The notes under the pieces were generated by a model that worked only from the letters and a program-made list of their open reading frames with translations, was not told where the DNA came from and did not search any database. This document shows positions 62,883 to 64,000 of a stretch of DNA of 64,000 nucleotides, piece after piece; within the stretch, counting starts at the first letter, position 1; every line of letters begins with the position of its first letter. Source of the stretch: Mobula hypostoma (taxonomy: Eukaryota); the NCBI RefSeq assembly GCF_963921235.1, contig NC_086097.1:127722001-127786000 (forward strand). Reading direction: 5' to 3'. Both the position numbers and the translations under genes were made by a program.

Positions 62883-63048
62883 TGCGACCAATTTTCCCTG
62901 GCTTTTCCAACCTCTCCCATAACCAAGATCCTTTAACCAAAGCAACATCCTGCTGAACCACTTCTGCATTCTCTCCAGTGCAACCTTTCATGTCATATGC
63001 AAACTTATGAAACATGCCTCTTGCATACACACCCAAGCCTTTGATATG

Positions 63049-63554
63049 TACTCAGTGACACTTTATTGTACACATGTTCATCAATATAATTATCTAATTA
63101 ACCGATCATGTGGGAGCAACTCAGTGCGTAAAAGCATGTTCAGACCAAACATCCAAACTGGGAAAGAATATGATCTGACTTTGACCATGGAATGATTGTT
63201 AGTTGCAGACAGGGTGGTGTGAGTATCTCAGAAACTGCTGATCTCCTGGGATTTTTAGAGAAAGCAGTCTCTATATTTTACAGAGAACGGTGTGAAAAAC
63301 GGAACATCCAGTAAGCAGCGGATCTGTCGGTGAAAACAACCTGTTAATGGCAGAAGTCAGAGCAGCAAGTCACACTGGTTCTAACTGACAGGAAGGCGAC
63401 AGTAACTCAAGTAACCACATATTACAATAGTTGTATGCAGAGAGCATCTCTGAATGCACAACACATCAAATCTACAGCAGCAGAAGACCACAAACATGCA
63501 CTCATAACGACTTTATCAGGTTTAGGAGGAAACAAATCGAGTGGCCACTGAGTG
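63049..63554 (+). mobile_element. Non-autonomous Tc1-like element
   Basis: Imperfect TIRs ctcagtgacactttatt / gtggccactgagtg|TA with an internal decayed transposase N-terminus. Confidence 0.7.
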
Positions 63555-64000
63555 TACATCACAAACAACAATGATCACAGCATCAACCCCTATGGTACAT
63601 CATTGGTACCAAATTTCAAATCAGAAAAGCATTGTTTCATCACTGTCTTCTGTGGCCTATCACCAGGACATTTTAAAATCCAATTAGCCATATTGCCTTG
63701 ATCATGGTCTGGAGCTTCCACTAGTCACACCAGTGTCTAAATTACAAATCCCTCAATGTTGACCAGTGTAAAAGCTTAAATCAATGTCTAGTCCACATCA
63801 GGTTTCTGCAGTCTATTGCGTCGCATCACAAGTCTGCTTCTCCTTGCTCTAATAGGGAGGGTGTCAAAAGTGCATTCACAAGGATAGGCTTTCCTGCTTT
63901 ACCTTTCATCCCATTTTAGTCAGTCAAGTGGGTATTGTCCATACTGTAGGCTTCCCCAAAGTACAGGCATTTAGAGAATGCACATTTTATCGAGACCTCT

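Noticed and set aside
60449..64000. Further upstream SLC35B3 exons or promoter
   Set aside because: No matching coding sequence or CpG island was seen; they probably lie beyond the window.

Overview
This is vertebrate nuclear DNA, most likely from a cartilaginous fish (inferred from HE1/V-SINE-like, Deu-SINE-like and CR1 content). It contains one host gene: the last seven coding exons of SLC35B3 (PAPS transporter 2) on the minus strand, 60448 to 25233, all with GT-AG introns and consistent phases. The 5' exons lie beyond the window. The rest is mostly repeats: decayed CR1 and Rex1/Babar LINEs, an L1/Tx1 3' end, an RLE-type (Hero-like) LINE, two LTRs, Tc1/pogo/hAT remnants, SINEs and a young Penelope-like (PLE, GIY-YIG) family. 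The main observation is that the PLE terminal repeat carries a minimal type I hammerhead ribozyme (AGTC-CTGACGA-AGG-GTCTCGG-CCT-GAAA-CG-TC^GACT), present as 5 intact copies and many decayed ones. Two intact copies lie sense to the SLC35B3 pre-mRNA and bracket a 1255-nt RT-less unit with an open GIY-YIG frame. A second insertion about 36 kb away shares that unit's chimeric junction, deletion and diagnostic variants. A perfect 64-bp hairpin has the ribozyme core as its loop and switches strand at the predicted cleavage site. Together these suggest a retrozyme-like, ribozyme-processed PLE derivative. Boundaries of old repeats are approximate. Family assignments come from recalled motifs, not database searches.
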